From Magallana gigas (taxonomy: Eukaryota), in NCBI RefSeq assembly GCF_963853765.1, contig NC_088856.1:18476001-18540000 (forward strand): DNA of 64,000 bases, written 5' to 3'. The position numbers were made by a program, and so were the translations under genes. The notes under the pieces were generated by a model. It saw nothing but the letters and a program-made list of their open reading frames with translations, did no database searches and was not told where the DNA came from. Positions 13,383-25,494 of the stretch are shown one piece after another (within the stretch, counting starts at the first letter, position 1; each line of letters opens with the position of its first letter).

Positions 13383-14993
13383 ATGTCTGGCAGAGAAGGT
13401 ATTTTACTCTTCCCGATCACATTTACATTTCATACCAATCATTTCATAAATGTGTTTTTTTATTCTTTGTAAAGAGAATATATTCTAGTTTAATGATTTA
13501 CATCTGTACTAAAACACTAAAACATGGACCGGTTAAATCGGGATTTTTACCACTGGGTTTAGGCGCAATAGACCTGTGTTATAGTTGGGAAAATTGAACG
13601 TGAAAAATCATTTTATACAGAGTTAAAGAACCAAGAGTAATGATCTATTATTATACAAGACTATTTCATCGTAAATTTCAACAAGAAATTTATGTTGTCA
13701 ACTATTTCTTGTGAAAAGACAGTAGCTCTACATTTCAAATAGGGATTATTTGACCTTTTTGTTTACTTTAATACTTTTTCATCATTCCAACTAATCTTGG
13801 CTGATAAGCATGTAAAGTAAAAAAAAAAAAAATTCAAAAATATGATGGAATTTGAACAGAAGACAAAGTTAAATAATAATAATTTGACGGTTTTAATTTA
13901 ATAAATTTGTGTTTATATACTGTACTAATATATAAATAGTGCCTGTTTGGGAGGGTAACAGTTGAAATTGACACCCCGAGAAAACCATTGTCAACCGACG
14001 CGAAGCGGAGGTTGACAATGGTTTTCGAGGGGTGTCAATTTCAACTGTTATCCTCCCAAACAGGCACTATTTATTTTGTTATACTGAATGTCTTTTTTAA
14101 AATTTTTAAGAAAATTTTACTGCTTTTATATAGGAATAACGTGAATTCTACAGCGAACCGTACGCGCATAATTTTCGCGCATGTAACATTTTCTAATGTT
14201 ACCCGTTGCCAAGTGCGTTGCTAACGCTGAGGGTAATAGTAAATATTATTAACTGCGTCTTAACCAATCAGATTTCAGTATTTAACATGAAAGTATAACA
14301 ATCAACAATGTTACATTTTAGGTGGAAAAAAGAAACCTCTGAAAAACCCAAAGAAACAATCAAAAGATCTAGATGATGTAATGTATTACATAATTATTTT
14401 AATAACAAAAATAACTACATGTATTGAATGTTCGTAAATTTCAATGTATATATAATATATTATATATCTCTATCAAGGTATCAGCAAAATTTGTGAAAAC
14501 TTTTACAGCAAGCGGGATTCATGAGAGTTATTAATTACACATGTAGTTACACCTAGATCTATACAATCTTAAGATTTCTCTGATGATTCCACTGATCTTA
14601 ATAAATTCTTATTGTTCTGGACCTTTATTGCGCTTTAAAACGTCTTTAGTCTAATATTTATAGAATAATACTCATTGAATGAGTCAAGGGGAAGCTTTCA
14701 GTTTGAATTTCTTTTATAGGACGAAATGGCATTCAAACAAAAACAGAGGGAGGAGCAAAAAGCAATGAAAGAAATGCAGGCCAAGGCATCAGGAAAAGGC
14801 CCTCTAAGTATGTATATAAGGAGGAATAATTGGAGATAATGTAGCTTGTTCCAATTTGAATGGTAGTAACCTAATGTTAGGTCATGTCCGAAAGAACTTT
14901 TATGGCAAGTTTTTGTCACTTCAAGTGTTTTTAGCTCACCTGAGCCAAAAGCTCAAGTGAGCTTTTCTGATCACAATTTGTCCGTTGTCTGTC

Positions 14994-15029
<36 letters not shown>

Positions 15030-16325
15030 AAGAACCACTGGGCAGATTTCAACCAAATTTGGAACAAAGCACAACTAGGTGAAGAGGATTCAAGTTTGAT
15101 CAAATGAAAGGCCATGCCCTCTTTAAAGGGGAGATAATTGAGAATTTTTGAAAATTTCTTGGTATTTTTCAAAAATCTTCTTTCCAAAAATTATTTGGCC
15201 TGAAAAGCTTAAACTTGTGTGGAGGCATCCTCAGGTAGTGTAGATTCAAGTTTGTTCAAATCATGGTCCCCGGGGGTAGGGAGGGGCCACAAGAGAGGGA
15301 TCAAGTTTTACATAGGAATATTTAGAGAAAATCTTTAAAAATCTTCTTTTCAAAAACTATTAGGCCAGGAAAGCTCAAATTTGAGTGGAAGCATTCTCAG
15401 ATAGTGTAGATTCAAGTTTGTTCAAATCATGGTCCCCAGGGGTAGGGTAGGGCCACAATTGGGGGATCAAATTTTACATAGGAATATATAGAGAAAATCT
15501 TTAAAAATAATTCTTTTAAAAACTATTTGGCCAAGAAAGCTCAAATTGGCATGTAACCATCCTCAGATAATGTAGATTCAAGTTTGTTCAAATCATGGTC
15601 CCTGGGGGTAGGGCGGGGCCACAATGGGGGATAAATTTTTATATATAGAGAAAATCTTTAAAAATCTTCTTCTCAAAACTATTAGGCTAGGAAAGCTCAA
15701 ATTTGAGTGGAAGCATCCCCAGATCGTATAGATTCAAGTTTGTTTAAATAATAGTCCAGGGGTAGGGTGAGGCCTCAATGGGGGATGAATTTTTACATAG
15801 GCATATATAGAGAAAATCTTTAAAAATATTCTGGAAATGTTTTCGGTCCAAAACTCAGTACTTAGTGTTAAAGCACAGGTTATGCAGATTTAAGTTTGAT
15901 GAAACCATGATTCCCTAGAGAAAAGTGGGGCCATGAAATGGGGGGGGGGGGTATATAGGAGTAGAGAAAAATCTTCTTACAGGTACAACAACAAAAGGGG
16001 CTTGGTATTTACCAAAAAAGAGAGGTGGATAAAAATTGGCAGATTTTCAATTTTTTTTTTAGCAAGATCTACTGTACTTACATGTAGTTGTCAAGATATT
16101 TTGATACTGTAATGCTAATTTGATCAGAATTAAGGCAATTGTTGCTCAGGTGAGCGATGTGGCCCCTGGGCCTCTTGTTGACCTTGGACCAGTGAAGCTT
16201 TGAAATTTTGGGCATTCATTCACTGTCTCGTTAAAAAAGTATTCAAGTCATATAAGCACATATATTAACATGAAAAATTGTTTTAAACAGCATCAGGAGG
16301 TATTAAAAAGTCTGGGAAGAAATGA
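13383..16325 (+). CDS. TMA7: Translation machinery-associated protein 7 (64 aa)
   Basis: Exons 13383-13398, 14322-14377, 14720-14807 and 16291-16325 join in frame to [64 protein letters not shown]. This has the same length as, and closely matches, recalled human TMA7. Confidence 0.95.
13932..14074. repeat. 143-bp near-perfect palindrome, probably the core of a non-autonomous element extending to ~14301
   Basis: 65-bp arms with about 3 mismatches around a 13-nt loop gacgcgaagcgga, in TMA7 intron 1. Confidence 0.9.
14928..16179 (+). mobile_element. Helentron/HINE-type non-autonomous element carrying Cg170-like satellite monomers
   Basis: 5' subTIR AGCTCACCTGAGC, 3' subTIR GCTCAGGTGAGC followed by a ggcccctgggcc hairpin and CTTGTT end, with T-rich insertion site. 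Internal repeats are anchored by gatt(c/t)aagtttg at 15087, 15243, 15409, 15575, 15731 and 15887 (156-166 bp period). It lies in TMA7 intron 3. Confidence 0.9.
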
Positions 16326-17045
16326 CAGGACACAGAACATACGAACCTAAAGATCCTCCACAGTAACTCGCAACATTCTCTTTGTCTGGTGCTGGTGAAA
16401 TGATTGGTGAAACAAAACTTTTTATAATGTTTATGGTATTTCTATGAGACATAAAATTTCATTATGTGCAGCTGTTCTTAAGAGTTGGCCATTGAAATTA
16501 CTCTGAATTTGGATTTTATTCACATTTTTTTCCAATTTTAATATATGTTAAAAATTTAAACAATTGTGAGGATGATGAACGGTTTGTCTTTGACTAGAGA
16601 AGGGTTTTTTTTTTATAAGAATTGATATTTCCATGTCTCTTTTGTACAAATGTTGTTAAGAAAATTGTTTCTATAATGTAATGAATTGATCCATTTAGTA
16701 AGTTGTAATTATGAAAATTAAGTGACATTGACAGGTTGTTCATTTTTAGATGTTTACTTGTGTCTCAGGCTGTTAAAGTAAATAATTTTTGTTTTCAAAA
16801 TATGTACATACATTGTCAATTTTTAAAAAAATATTTTTTTGGTGCAATTTAGAGATTCTTATGTGTTCACTGGAAATTGTTGCCTTGTAAATGTTTTCCT
16901 CTGAGTCAATCATTGTATTAAACCTTGGCATTTTTTTTTAAATAAAGAGACAAAAAATACACTTTCTTGAGATGAATTCGGAAGACAGGAAATTTAGGTG
17001 CACAAGATAATTACTAGTATAGCAAAAATCTATATGAAATACTAT

Positions 17046-17767
17046 ATACAGGGAAATATTCGTCCCCGTTTTATATCGCCCTTTCGCTTTCATTGTCAGA
17101 GGGCAAATTTAAGACTGGGTGAATTCCAATGTCTCAGATCATTTTCCTTTAAACACAACTGTGTCTAAGTGAATTCCAAATTGGGTGAAGCTTAAAGTGT
17201 AGAACAGCAAAACTCAATTATAACGAATTTCAAGGGACCATAGAAAAAACTTCGTTATAGCCGTAATTCGCTATACGTTTATAACTAATTCGTAAAAAAT
17301 ATTATAGCGAATATATTATAAAATGATTAAGGGTTTTTCCGGCTCACAGATTTCTAGACTATCGTAAGTTATCAAATTAGTATTGCCGTCATTTACAAAA
17401 AAAAATGTCAATATAACCATTTCATTTCAATTTTAAAATAAATTCTGTATACTATTTGAATTTAAGTATTTTATATATGCTTCTTAAAATTGCATGTTTC
17501 TTCAATGAAATTTGAAATGGAAAATTTGTTATAAAAATGATAAAATACGTTAAAATTTTGCCAGCGGGGGTCTTAAAATTACTTCGGTAGAGCCGTAAAT
17601 TTGTTATAGCCATGTTCGTTATATACATCAATTTTCTATAGGTTTATATAAGAAATTTGCCGGGACATGAATAATAATTCGTTATAGCCGTAAATTCGCT
17701 ATATCCCCGTTCGTTATATTCGAGTTTTGCTGTAGTGAAATTCACACAGATGAAAATAACCCTGTAT
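17046..17767. mobile_element. TA-flanked MITE with a second MITE (17205-17732) nested inside
   Basis: Outer ends are tacagggaaatattcg and aaataaccctgtata. The inner element has TIRs cagcaaaactc/gagttttgctg with repeated ttcgttata motifs. Related outer copies lie at ~17865-18062 and ~26186-26373. Confidence 0.7.
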
Positions 17768-18960
17768 ACAGCAACCTTGTACATGTAATATACATATATA
17801 TGCAGAACACATTAATGATGGGTAATCAAAATTTCTCTTGATGCAACTAATAATTGGAAATAGTCGGGGAAATATTCGCCTCCATTTTATTGTGGCCCCT
17901 TTAGCCCTTGTCAGTTGGCAAATTTAGGACTGGGTGAATTCCAATGTCTCATGTTAAATCTGTAAACAATTTTGTCTGAGCGAATTTAAGACGAGGGGAA
18001 ACTTTAAGTGTACATATAATGTATGCGGGAGAAATTTACACAGAGCAAATAAACCCTGTATACAGTTAAAAAAAAATTTATAGTTTGGTGTGGGACTGTC
18101 AGTCAACATACTGGGTCCCTGTATGTCACACGTAATTATGCCTATTAATTTGATTGTCTACATAGTCTTTTCCTGCCAATTCATTAGATATCCACAAAAG
18201 ATTACATTTTTGTATTTTAAGCTATTGTCACAGAAAAAAAAATCCTCTTTCAATAACTGAATTGATACCAGAAATAATGCTTAGTAGTTTTAATTATTAT
18301 GCCATTTTCCTATTATTAAGGATTGGTTGGTTGAATTTCATAAGGTAGATAAGACAAAAAACATTTTTTGTAATTGTAGAAGTTTTATTTGGAAACAAAA
18401 GGGACTGGTCCATGTGCCAGAGAAGCTTAACTAGCAAGCCATAAAAAGATTTTTTAAAATGGTGCCGCAACAAAAACTTAAACAACAAATACATACATGT
18501 GTATTGTATTACTATTACCAGGTACACGAGTTCAAAATAAAATAAAAGGTTGAAGAAAGAAATGGATTATTGGGGAAAATAGCACATACTACATGATCAC
18601 TATTCTGCAAATGGCAATTTTAAAGTCACAATAATCATGCATGCATATACATTTGTATTCATTCAAACAAAGCTTATAAAGATTGAAAATATATACCCCC
18701 GATACCAAAATTTAATTCTGAAAAGCATTAGCTATGTACTGGGGAAACAGTAAAATGTCATCAAACAACCAAATGCCAACAACAACAAAAATAAAGAAAA
18801 GGAAATAAATTGCTAAAGCTCTTATTCAAAATACAGTAATCAAGTGAAGTTCCTAACAAATAGTGAGGAACAACTCAATAATTGACTAGATTTAACAGCT
18901 GCTCAGATATCTTGATCTACAGATGGTGGATATCTTTCATGTACACCCCTTTACTGGTAC

Positions 18961-20688
18961 TTATAAGCCATGTTCCTCCAGGTACTTGTAAATTTTCATC
19001 TTCCGAGACACAAATCCCAGTTCATACAGATTATCTTTCCTGTCTACGCTCAGTCCGAAAACTTCAGTGAGTTTGGATACAATGGTGGACAGATACATGC
19101 CATCCTTGTTGAACAAGTAAATGCAGGCATTGGTGTGGTCGGCTACCACAATGTTACCTAAACTGTCAGTATCTAACTGCTGGGGGTTAAACTTCTGCGT
19201 CGTTCCTCCCAAAGAGAACCTCTTCTTCCCATCCCGATTCACGACAATCACCTGCTGTTTGCCGACATCCGACACACAAATGTCCATGTTGACGTTCTCG
19301 GCCACAAAGTACGGCCGCGAGAATAGTTCTTTGTGGTCTTGATGGGAGATTTTCAACAGCAGGTTCCAAGTTTTGGAGTACTTTGCAATGAAGCCTTTCT
19401 CTTGAGTTTTATCCTCTGTGGACTTTACTTGGGAAACTTGGCACACGAGGATGTCGTCGTTTCTGCAGAGATACAAACCAGTGGGATGGTTTTCAGTAGT
19501 GCACATTTTCTGAACTTTCAACTCGTCCAAGTTTGGGGAAATTTCGTATATCAATTTACTTTCGCAATCTGTGTACAAAACATTTCCTGTGCGTAAAATG
19601 GCTAATCCAGCTCCTTGGGCAAAATCTCTTTTAAAATCTATACAATCCAACTCTTGTCCAGTATCCAAGTCATATTGAATCAACTTCTTCCCAACATGTA
19701 GTGCCCAGAGTGAATCATGGTCCATACAAAATGTTGAGATAGGATCCTTCCGTTTCTTGTCAATCTTTAGGGTGCTCGTCTTTTTGGGAGACTTCATGAC
19801 CTTTTTCTGCTGGCCGCTAGCTTTAATTGCTCTATGCTTGCTTGGTACCCTCCGTCCCCTATGATATTGTAGGACTGGGTAGGTGAAAGCTCCAAACTGT
19901 TGCAGCAGCTGGTTCATATCAACCTTCCCTGGGGTAAATGTTGGCTTGCTGCAGGTACAGGAGTCAGGAATGCTGTACATCTCACTGAAGATGGAGTTCT
20001 CCTGTCTGAACCACAGCAACTCCACCATGTTATCAGAGTCCAGCAACTTTGTCATGTCAGATTTAAGATTGGCCAGTTGGAGTATTCTTTCTTCCAAGGA
20101 TATAATCTGCATCTGAAGACCCTCATATGGACCAGTGCTTAGTTTGGCCATCTGTTTGACCCCTGCCTGCATAATTTTCTGAATCATATCCGTCATTGTG
20201 TTAGCATGAGATTTCATCTCATTTTCCAGATCCTCGATTTTCTGTTTTAGTGTTGTCAAAAGCTGTGTTGCATCATCCAACAGAGCATCATGCTCTGGTA
20301 AAATAATGTCATCCAAATCCTGCAGGTCAACCCTCATGCTTTTCTTTGACTCTTCATAAACTTTTGGGATTTCTGCAAGAACATGGCCATTGTGATTTTT
20401 CGTGAGGCAACGGGCACAGACTGGAACTTCACATAACTTGCAACAGACCTCGTACTTAGATTCTGGGTGGAAGCGGCAAAACCCATAATCCTTGATTACA
20501 TCCTCTTGGATGTTGCCCCTGAGTAATACAATATGATGACTGTTTGATATTTTACGCTGCAGGTGCTGAACTTTGCATGGCTCACAAAGTCGACCTGGAC
20601 ATGTTTTGCAGTAATGTGTTGCAGGCTGGCAATCACAGTTTTCACACTGGCTGGCATTCTGGGCTTGTACGTCTCCTCCTTCTGCCAT
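18961..20688 (-). CDS. RING-less tripartite-motif-like protein (2 B-boxes, coiled coil, NHL-type beta-propeller), 575 aa, single coding exon
   Basis: B-box1 CENCDCQPATHYCKTCPGRLCEPCKVQH, B-box2 CRFHPESKYEVCCKLCEVPVCARCLTKNHNGH, a helical middle region, and NHL repeats (FSRPYFVAENVNMDICVSD; FNPQQLDTDSLGNIVVADH). The first ATG is at 20688. A tttcag acceptor at 20734-20735 implies a 5'UTR intron. Confidence 0.9.
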   Translation of the reverse strand: MAEGGDVQAQNASQCENCDCQPATHYCKTCPGRLCEPCKVQHLQRKISNSHHIVLLRGNIQEDVIKDYGFCRFHPESKYEVCCKLCEVPVCARCLTKNHNGHVLAEIPKVYEESKKSMRVDLQDLDDIILPEHDALLDDATQLLTTLKQKIEDLENEMKSHANTMTDMIQKIMQAGVKQMAKLSTGPYEGLQMQIISLEERILQLANLKSDMTKLLDSDNMVELLWFRQENSIFSEMYSIPDSCTCSKPTFTPGKVDMNQLLQQFGAFTYPVLQYHRGRRVPSKHRAIKASGQQKKVMKSPKKTSTLKIDKKRKDPISTFCMDHDSLWALHVGKKLIQYDLDTGQELDCIDFKRDFAQGAGLAILRTGNVLYTDCESKLIYEISPNLDELKVQKMCTTENHPTGLYLCRNDDILVCQVSQVKSTEDKTQEKGFIAKYSKTWNLLLKISHQDHKELFSRPYFVAENVNMDICVSDVGKQQVIVVNRDGKKRFSLGGTTQKFNPQQLDTDSLGNIVVADHTNACIYLFNKDGMYLSTIVSKLTEVFGLSVDRKDNLYELGFVSRKMKIYKYLEEHGL

Positions 20689-20733
20689 CTTGGTCAAAAT
20701 TGTAACTTAATATCTTTTTGTTTGAACAAAGAC

Positions 20734-21257
20734 CTGAAATATGAACACAAGTGTATGTGTATCTGTTATTTTGCTTAAAAAATTGACACTTATCATGCTT
20801 ATGGTGTTTTAAATGAAAATATTAACCTTAACTAACCCTTATTAATATATCACAATATGTGCCAGACAGAAAAAAATGTTCAGTGTTTAAGATTGACAAC
20901 AAGGAAAAAAGGATTTGTGTTTGATGTCATCTGGATTTATAACTACTTGTACTCTTTAACTCGTATTGAGAAGATTTAAAAACTGAAATCAACCAATGCA
21001 GCTGCTTCGTAATTAACAATATTATACATGTAAAAAATGGGCGTTTTAAGAAAAGAAAAATGAATTCCTATGTAATCAGTCATAATTTTTTACCAAATAC
21101 ATACAAATTAATTACCAACTCAATGTGACAACTATCCAACAGCCCGGAATAAAAAAGGAATTCGTCACTCATCACCTCTTAAAGTTTTGGCGCCATTCGT
21201 CGACAAAGTGAAAGTAGAGCTCTCCAACGAAAAAGGTAGAAAGTTGATGGATGAAAA
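20734..21257. promoter_or_regulatory. Putative bidirectional promoter region TRIM/MON1
   Basis: Head-to-head genes ~525 bp apart, CpG-containing segment 21140-21260, TTTGGCGCCATT at ~21186 and YY1-like AAAATGGC overlapping the MON1 ATG. Confidence 0.55.
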
Positions 21258-24200
21258 ATGGCTGAAAACAGAGAGGCGGAACATGTTTCCACCTCAGAAT
21301 CGGAGCAAAGCGACTTCATAGAGCCGGAGATAAGGCGCAAAGACACCGAAGAGCCTTTTATCAATGTAGATTATGAAGCACTCGAAGAGTACGACAGCCA
21401 ACCAAGCGGGGTTATCCACGAACTCGTTAGACAATGTTCACATGACGACGGAAAAAATCTGTCGTCTAACGATGAAATCTCTGGAGGTGAAGAGGCTCGG
21501 TCCGAGAGTGAGCAGGTCAGTCTATGAAAGCATGAAAATAATTCTTATATATATAGTTCCCTATGTGATGAAGGTTTAAATTGTATTTGATTGGTTTTCG
21601 CATCTTTAATTAGCAGCAGCAAGAATGTTGCATTATTGATTAGAGGCAACACTTTTTGTTAATTCCAATTTTTCTGTCGTTGTAAATGTTTGATATAATT
21701 ATCCAGTAAGTAAAAATAAAAAATACGATTTCCCCCCAATGTACACCAGTACACTAGATTGCACTATCTGCTGTCATTGTTCCAAAAGGTCATAACAATT
21801 GATGAATTTTAAAGAAAAAAGTTGGATTTATTTCTTAAACATTAAAAAAAACCTGGTCATAAACATTGAATATAAGTGAATTAAAGCATGATGAACATTT
21901 TAGCATGATGAAATTTTTCATTGGTCTGATATCTAAGATACATGTATGTCATCTCTTGTTGAACCTGGTAGATTATTATGTGCAAAGTTCATATACATGT
22001 ATTTATTCATCCTATTTCTTTAGGCGAGCAGTGATATGGAGAAGGTGTCACTCAAACCTCAAGAACTGCCTGAAGAAGAACTGGACGAGACACAGACAGC
22101 AGAATGGAGAGAGAGAAAAAAGCACATCTTCATCTTAAGTGAATCTGGCAAACCAGTATACTCAAGGTAAGTGTGAAAAATAATGACCAAAATTTTTCTC
22201 AGATCCTAATTTTATGCAGTGCAAAATATTAGTATCTGGTTTGCTACTAAATACTCAAACCCATGTTTATTGGGCACAGGCATTATAGTATTGACTGTCT
22301 TTTAATTTTTTTTGTCAAAAATACGAGGTGATAATTTTCCTGTATTTCCTTCTAGATATGGCAATGAAGACAAACTTGTCACCATCATGGGACTTCTGCA
22401 GGCATTGGTCTCATTTGTGCATGATTCAAACAAAGACAATATCCGATGCATTGTGGCCGGTGACCATAAATTTGTTTTTCTTGTTCGGGATCATCTTCTT
22501 TTAGTCGGCGTGTGTTGCAGCCAAGACTCACCGCATCAAATTCTACACCAGCTTTCATATCTATACAACCAGATTCTTAGCGTACTGACTCATACAACCT
22601 TAAATAAAATATTTAAACAGAGACGTAATTATGATCTTCGGAGATTGTTGAGTGGGGCAGAGAAATTCTTGGACAATTTGTTGCACATGATTGACACAGA
22701 TGCCAGTTTTTTACTGGGAGCGGTGAGATGTTTACCCCTGGACAGCCAGATTAGGGACCAGATAGCTCAAAGTGTGGGACAGCAAGCCAAAGTAAAGGTA
22801 ACCTGTTAATTGCATTTCATTGAATAAATGCTGTCTTGTCCTCATTTGTCATGCTTATTCAGTGTGTGGGATAACAATGACCAGGAAATCATTTGATATT
22901 GCTTGAGTGAATGGACTCTTAAGTGTGAAGCTAGATAATAGGTCTATAAAGTTCCTACTTTATCTAGGAAAGAATACTTTTATTAATAGACAAAAGGTGT
23001 TTAGTGTCGGTGTTATCTTTTATGCATGATAACTACATTTAAATTCATGTAGTAACTTTTGTAAAGCACAGATATTTCATAGAATTTTGAATGAAAGGTC
23101 AAGTCATGATAAACTTTTAAGATTTTTACACATGACAACATAATATATTGGTTTTGCAGGACCTGGTTTTCGCCCTGATTCTGGCCAACAACCAGCTGGT
23201 GACACTGGTCAGGATGAAGAAGTACTTCCTCCATCCGATGGACCTCCATCTGATTATTAACCTAGTCAATTCCTCCGAGTCGTTCAAAGCAGCAGAGTCC
23301 TGGATACCCATTTGTCTTCCCAAGTTTGACTCCAGGTAAATACCATCAAGTATTTGTATATGATTAAGATAAATATATTCAGTTGGGAAAAATTCATTAA
23401 TCAAAAAAAAAAATGTTCCCCTGTGAAAGATTTTCTGAACACAAAACTATAAAAATAGATACTGTGGAATCATTAGATTTTCGTGGTGGCTCAATTTTCA
23501 TGGAATTCGTGGCTACCTCTCATCCACGAATATACACCCCCACGAAGTAATAAATTAGGGCAACAAAGTCATAATCCTTTTGTATGTGTACAAAAATACA
23601 TGAAATGATGTCCCCTCGAACCTGTAAAATTTAAGCAATCCACGAAAATTGGTCCCCACGAAGTTTAATGATTCCACAGGAAACAGATATTTGGGATTAT
23701 ACTTGGGATGGTTCTTGAATTACTTATATATATCTTTTTCACTGGATTACTTGATGATGTGTACAATATATATATTGCACTTGTATTTGTGTATTTTCCA
23801 GCGGCTACCTTCAGGCCCACATTTCGTACCTGGACGAGGGTTGTCAGACTTGTCTCCTCTTGCTCTCTGTGGACAGGGAGTCCTTCTTCACGCTCTCCGA
23901 ATGCAAGAACAAGATACTGGAGGTATGAAGCAAAAGAACACTTGCAATTAATGTATAAGCATGATGTTTTTACTATTCAAGAACATTGAATTGAATTAGG
24001 CCTAACAAAAAAATAGGTTTGTTTCCGCTTTCAGGCTGAAAAAATTAGGGTCGGTAGGTCGGCTTTTTTTTTTTTTTTAGTCTTTTTTTTTCCCTCTTCA
24101 TTTGTTCAACTGTGCATATTAAACCATTTATCTAATAAACTGGGTAAGATAAAAACAAAAACCAAGTATTTGTTGTCATTGTTTAAATGATCTGATAAAC

Positions 24201-25494
24201 TTTTTCCCTGGCTGGTGGGAACATTTCTTGAGCTCAACTGGCACGACATGTGCTGCCATTTGTAAATAACAAACATCTACACAACACTGATGACATCTAA
24301 ATAAGTTCTATAAGCGTTTTTACGACTTAAATTTAGAAGACACAAAAAATTTTTAAATCGGATAAAAACGAAATTTTAACAAAAAACAGATAAAAACGGA
24401 AATTTACGAAAAAACTTGAAAATTTTTTTTTGGGTTGGCGGGTTTAAGTTAGGGTCAGTCGGGAAAGCGGAAACAAACCTATTTTTTTGTTCGGCCTTAA
24501 AAAAAATACAATTACACATACTCCAATGAACATGTAAAGTTGTATTTGTGAAGTTTAACCTTTGGTCTATTTGTGAAGTTTGACCTCTGATTTATTTGTA
24601 AACTGTGAACTTTGACCTTCTTTCTAGATAAAAATGTATACTTTAGCTGATTAACAACATTACTGAAAATGCTTTTTCAATTTCAGAGACTGAACAAGTA
24701 CAATGGTCTCAGGGCTATCAGCGACTCGATTGCCAACTCCAGCTACGGCATCCGTCAGTGTGGGATATCGGACCTACGTCACTTCCTGTACAAGTCACGG
24801 TCCACCGCTCAGTTCACCAGTCCCGAGATCGAGGCCCCGTACCTCAAACCCGAGGAACAGGAGAGGCTGTTCGGCCTTTACCTGTATCTCCATCACAGAA
24901 TTCACATGACGGACCGGCCCCTGAAGATTCTGTATCATGTAGGGCAGCATGAGACTTTACTAGGATGGGCAAGTGTTCTTTTTGTTGATTTTGTTAATTG
25001 ATTAGTCTGTCAACTATACAAAAGTCAGTTCGGGAGATTCTTAAAGTGTAGCTCACCTGTTGAATGTTACAGGCATGTTTTTGACATGAATACTACATTC
25101 ATCTTAATGCTATCTCAGCAAGTTACAAATTACATTGATCTACTCTTCTCAAATTATTAGATGAATTAAGAAAAATTGCAGTAGGTTGGATTTTTTCTCT
25201 ATAAGGTTGTAATTCCATCTGAGTTGTTTGCTACTCTAGCAAATTATTCAGTACAAAGAAGTGATTTTTAGCATAAACTTTCTTTGTGCATGAAAGCAGC
25301 ATGATGTATATGTTGTGAAGAATGTTATATTTAATGTCATTCTTGCTTTACAGTTAACTCAGGGTTTTGAGCTCTATGCAGTATTTGGACCTCTAGTTAC
25401 CAAACCTGCTGCCATAGCAGCCATAAACAAACTTCTAAGGTGGATCAAGAAAGAGGAAGAACATTTATTTATATTAAGCTCTGTGACATTTTGA
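21258..25494 (+). CDS. MON1: Vacuolar fusion protein MON1 (Rab7 GEF subunit), 520 aa
   Basis: Exons 21258-21515, 22024-22166, 22356-22797, 23160-23335, 23802-23922, 24687-24968 and 25354-25494. Hallmarks are KHIFILSESGKPVYSRYG, NYDLRRLLSG, WIPICLPKF and FELYAVF...KLLRWIKKEEEHLFIL. The last intron has a GC donor. Confidence 0.95.
23462..23679. mobile_element. Short TA-type MITE in MON1 intron 4
   Basis: TIR ctgtggaatcatt/aatgattccacag with internal ccacgaa repeats. Confidence 0.7.
23999..24496. mobile_element. PIF/Harbinger-type MITE, copy 2 (MON1 intron 5), opposite orientation to copy 1
   Basis: Same TIR family (GGCC(T/G)AACAAAAAAATAGGTTTGTTTCCGCTTTC) with TSD TTA at 23996-23998 and 24497-24499. 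Confidence 0.85.

Noticed and set aside
14575-14600. TGATGA...CTGA box C/D-like motif in TMA7 intron 2
   Set aside because: The boxes are only 5 nt apart, far too close for a snoRNA.
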